From the human T2T-CHM13v2.0 reference genome, Homo sapiens, in assembly GCF_009914755.1 (NCBI RefSeq), contig NC_060941.1: a stretch of DNA of 64,000 nucleotides, one strand, 5' to 3'. Below, piece after piece: positions 60,612 through 64,000 of this stretch (positions within the stretch are counted from its first letter, which is position 1; every line of letters begins with the position of its first letter). Under the pieces are notes generated by a model that was not told where the DNA came from, did no database searches, and worked only from the letters and a program-made list of their open reading frames with translations. A program made the position numbers and the translations under genes.

Positions 60612-62172
60612 TGTCCATGTCCTGATTGCTGGAACCTGTGAATATGTTAGTTCCATGGTAACGGGGAATTGAGGTTGCAGGTGCAATTAAGGCTGCTAAT
60701 CAGCTCACCTTGAGATGGGGAGATTATCTGGAATTAGCTGAATGGGCCCAATATAATGTCAGGTCCTTAAAGTGGAAGATTATCAGGGAACCTGCCCCCA
60801 ATAGTCATGTAGGTTCTTTTCTATTTTCCCTAAGCATCCGCCGGGTTGAGAAATAAAGGGACAGAGTACAAAAGAGAGAAATTTTAAAGCTGGGCATCTG
60901 GGGGAGACATCACATGTCGGTAGGTTCCTTGATGTCCCACAAGCTGCAAAACCAGCAAGTTTTTATTAGTGATTTTCAAAGGGGAGGGAGTGTATGAATA
61001 GGGTGTGGGTCAAAGAGATCACATGCTTCACAAGGTAATAGAATATCACAAGGCAAATGGAGGCAGGGCGAGATCACAGGATGGGCGAAATTAAAATTGC
61101 TAATGAAGTTTCGGGCACGCATTGTCATTGATAACATCTTATCAGGAGACAGGGTTTGAGAGCAGACAACCAGTCTGATCAAAAATTTATTAGGCGGGAA
61201 TTTCCTCGTCCTAATAAGCCTGGGAGCACTATGGGAGACTGGGGCTTATTTCATCCCTACAGTTTCGACCATAGAAGATGGCCACACCCAAGGGGGCCAT
61301 TTTAGAGGCCTACCCTCAGGGCCGCATTCTCTTTCAGGGATGTTCCTTGCTGAGAAAAATAATTCAGCAATATTTCTCCCATTTGCTTTTGAAAAAAGAG
61401 AAATATGGCTCTGTTCCGCCCGGCTCACCAGCGGTCAGAGTTTAAGGTTATCTGTCTTGTTCCCTGAACATTGCTGTTATCCTGTTCTTTTTTCAAGGTG
61501 CCCAGATTTCATATTGTTCAAACACACATGCTCTACAATTTGTGCAGTTAACGCAATCATCACGGGGTCCTGAGGCGACATACATCCTCCTCAGTTTACG
61601 AGATGACAGGATTGAGATTAAAGTAAAGACAGGCATAGGAAATCACAAGGGTATTGATTGGGGAAGTGATAAGTGTCCATGAAATCTTCACAATTTATGT
61701 TCAGAGATTGCAGTAAAGACAGGCATAAGAAATTATAAAAGTGTTAATTTGGGGATCTAATAAATGTCCATGAAATCTTCACAATCCGTGTTCTTCTGCC
61801 ATGGCTTCAGCCGGTCCCTCCATTCGGGGTCCCTGACTTCCCACAACAGAAGATGGAGGCAGGAGGGTCAGGGTCAGAGTCAAAGTGATGCATTGGGACA
61901 AAGATTCAGTCTGCTGTTGCTGGCATTGAAGACAGTGGAAGGGACCACAAGCCATAGAATCTAGGTGGCCACTAGGAGGTGGAAGAGGCAAAGGAACAGT
62001 TTCTCCCCTAGAGCCTCCAGGAACAATGCAGCAGCCTTGCTGACACCTTACTTTTAGCCCCAGGAGACCCGTCTTGCACTTCTGACCTCCAGAAGTGTAA
62101 GATAATAAAATTGTGTTGCCTTTAAGCCACTCAATGTGATAATTTGCTATAGCAGCAGTAGCAAGCTAATAC
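60612..62172 (+). mobile_element. MLT1 (MaLR) LTR split by the MER11 insertion
   Basis: GGAACCTGTGAATATGTT...CCTTGAGATGGGGAGATTATC on the left; CTAGAGCCTCCAG...AAGCCAC...CTAATACA on the right. Confidence 0.7.
60781..61848 (-). mobile_element. MER11-family solo LTR (HERV-K11/HML-8), full length
   Basis: The - strand begins TGTTGTGGGAAGTCAGGGACCCCGAATGGAGGGACCGGCTGAAGCCATGGCAGAAG. 6-bp TSD GAAGAT at 60775-60780 and 61849-61854. Confidence 0.9.
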
Positions 62173-62200
62173 AAGGAGAGATGGATTTTTAAAAATCTCA

Positions 62201-62497
<297 letters not shown>

Positions 62498-62527
62498 TTA
62501 GCCAGGCGTGGTGGCAGGCACCTGTAA

Positions 62528-62979
<452 letters not shown>

Positions 62980-63017
62980 TGAGCCACCACACCCAGCCGA
63001 AAATGTACTCTTAACCA

Positions 63018-63605
<588 letters not shown>

Positions 63606-64000
63606 ATGACTGGGATGACTACACATCTTTCATGATGTTGACAATCAGTGGAAGATGAGGGATGTTGTAATTTTGATTAAATTTCTCCATTCAGAAAATG
63701 GTGGTGCTTTCTAATTTCCTACCAGATTAGCTCACTGCAAGCTCCACCTCCCGGGTTTACACCATTCTCCTGCTTCAGCCTCCTGAGTAGCTGGGACTAC
63801 AGGTGCCCGCCACCACGCCCGGCTAATTTTTTTTTTTTTTTTGTATTTTTTTAGTAGAGACGGGGTTTCACCATGTTGGCCAGGATGGTCTCGATCTCCT
63901 GACCTCGTGATCCACCTGTCTCAGACTCCCAGAGTGCTGGGATTACAGGTGTGAGCCACCACGCCTGGCCGATCAGGCCCATACTTCTTTGCCTGACACT

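Overview
Primate (most likely human, chr17q25.1) genomic DNA with three intron-containing genes whose coding exons I rebuilt base by base from splice sites and reading frame. METTL23 (+, annotated ATG 2698, stop 6673, 190 aa) has a GC-AG last intron. SRSF2/SC35 (-, 10147..9148, 221 aa, wild-type P95) has MIR636 at its intron 1 3' splice site and an alternatively spliced 3' UTR. MFSD11 (+, 11340..51337, 13 coding exons, 449 aa) shares a CpG-island bidirectional promoter with SRSF2, and METTL23 and SRSF2 end tail-to-tail. The rest is mostly repeats: dozens of Alus (many nested, many with readable target-site duplications), a decayed Tigger1, a Tigger2-type MITE, MER11- and LTR22-type solo LTRs, MaLR LTRs, L1 fragments and a U6 retropseudogene. 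Nearly all ORFs in the supplied track are Alu or GC-rich artefacts. I see no wholly new multi-gene system. The best leads are: (1) a stop-free, AUG-less in-frame N-terminal extension of METTL23; (2) an extra SRSF2 3'UTR exon that is sterically incompatible with the main acceptor; (3) a palindromic two-way poly(A) signal between METTL23 and SRSF2; (4) retrotransposition scars (double-tailed U6, poly(A)-only insertion, Alu with a G-tail); (5) a C-terminal YxxΦ motif in MFSD11. Gene and repeat names come from recognition, not from a database search.
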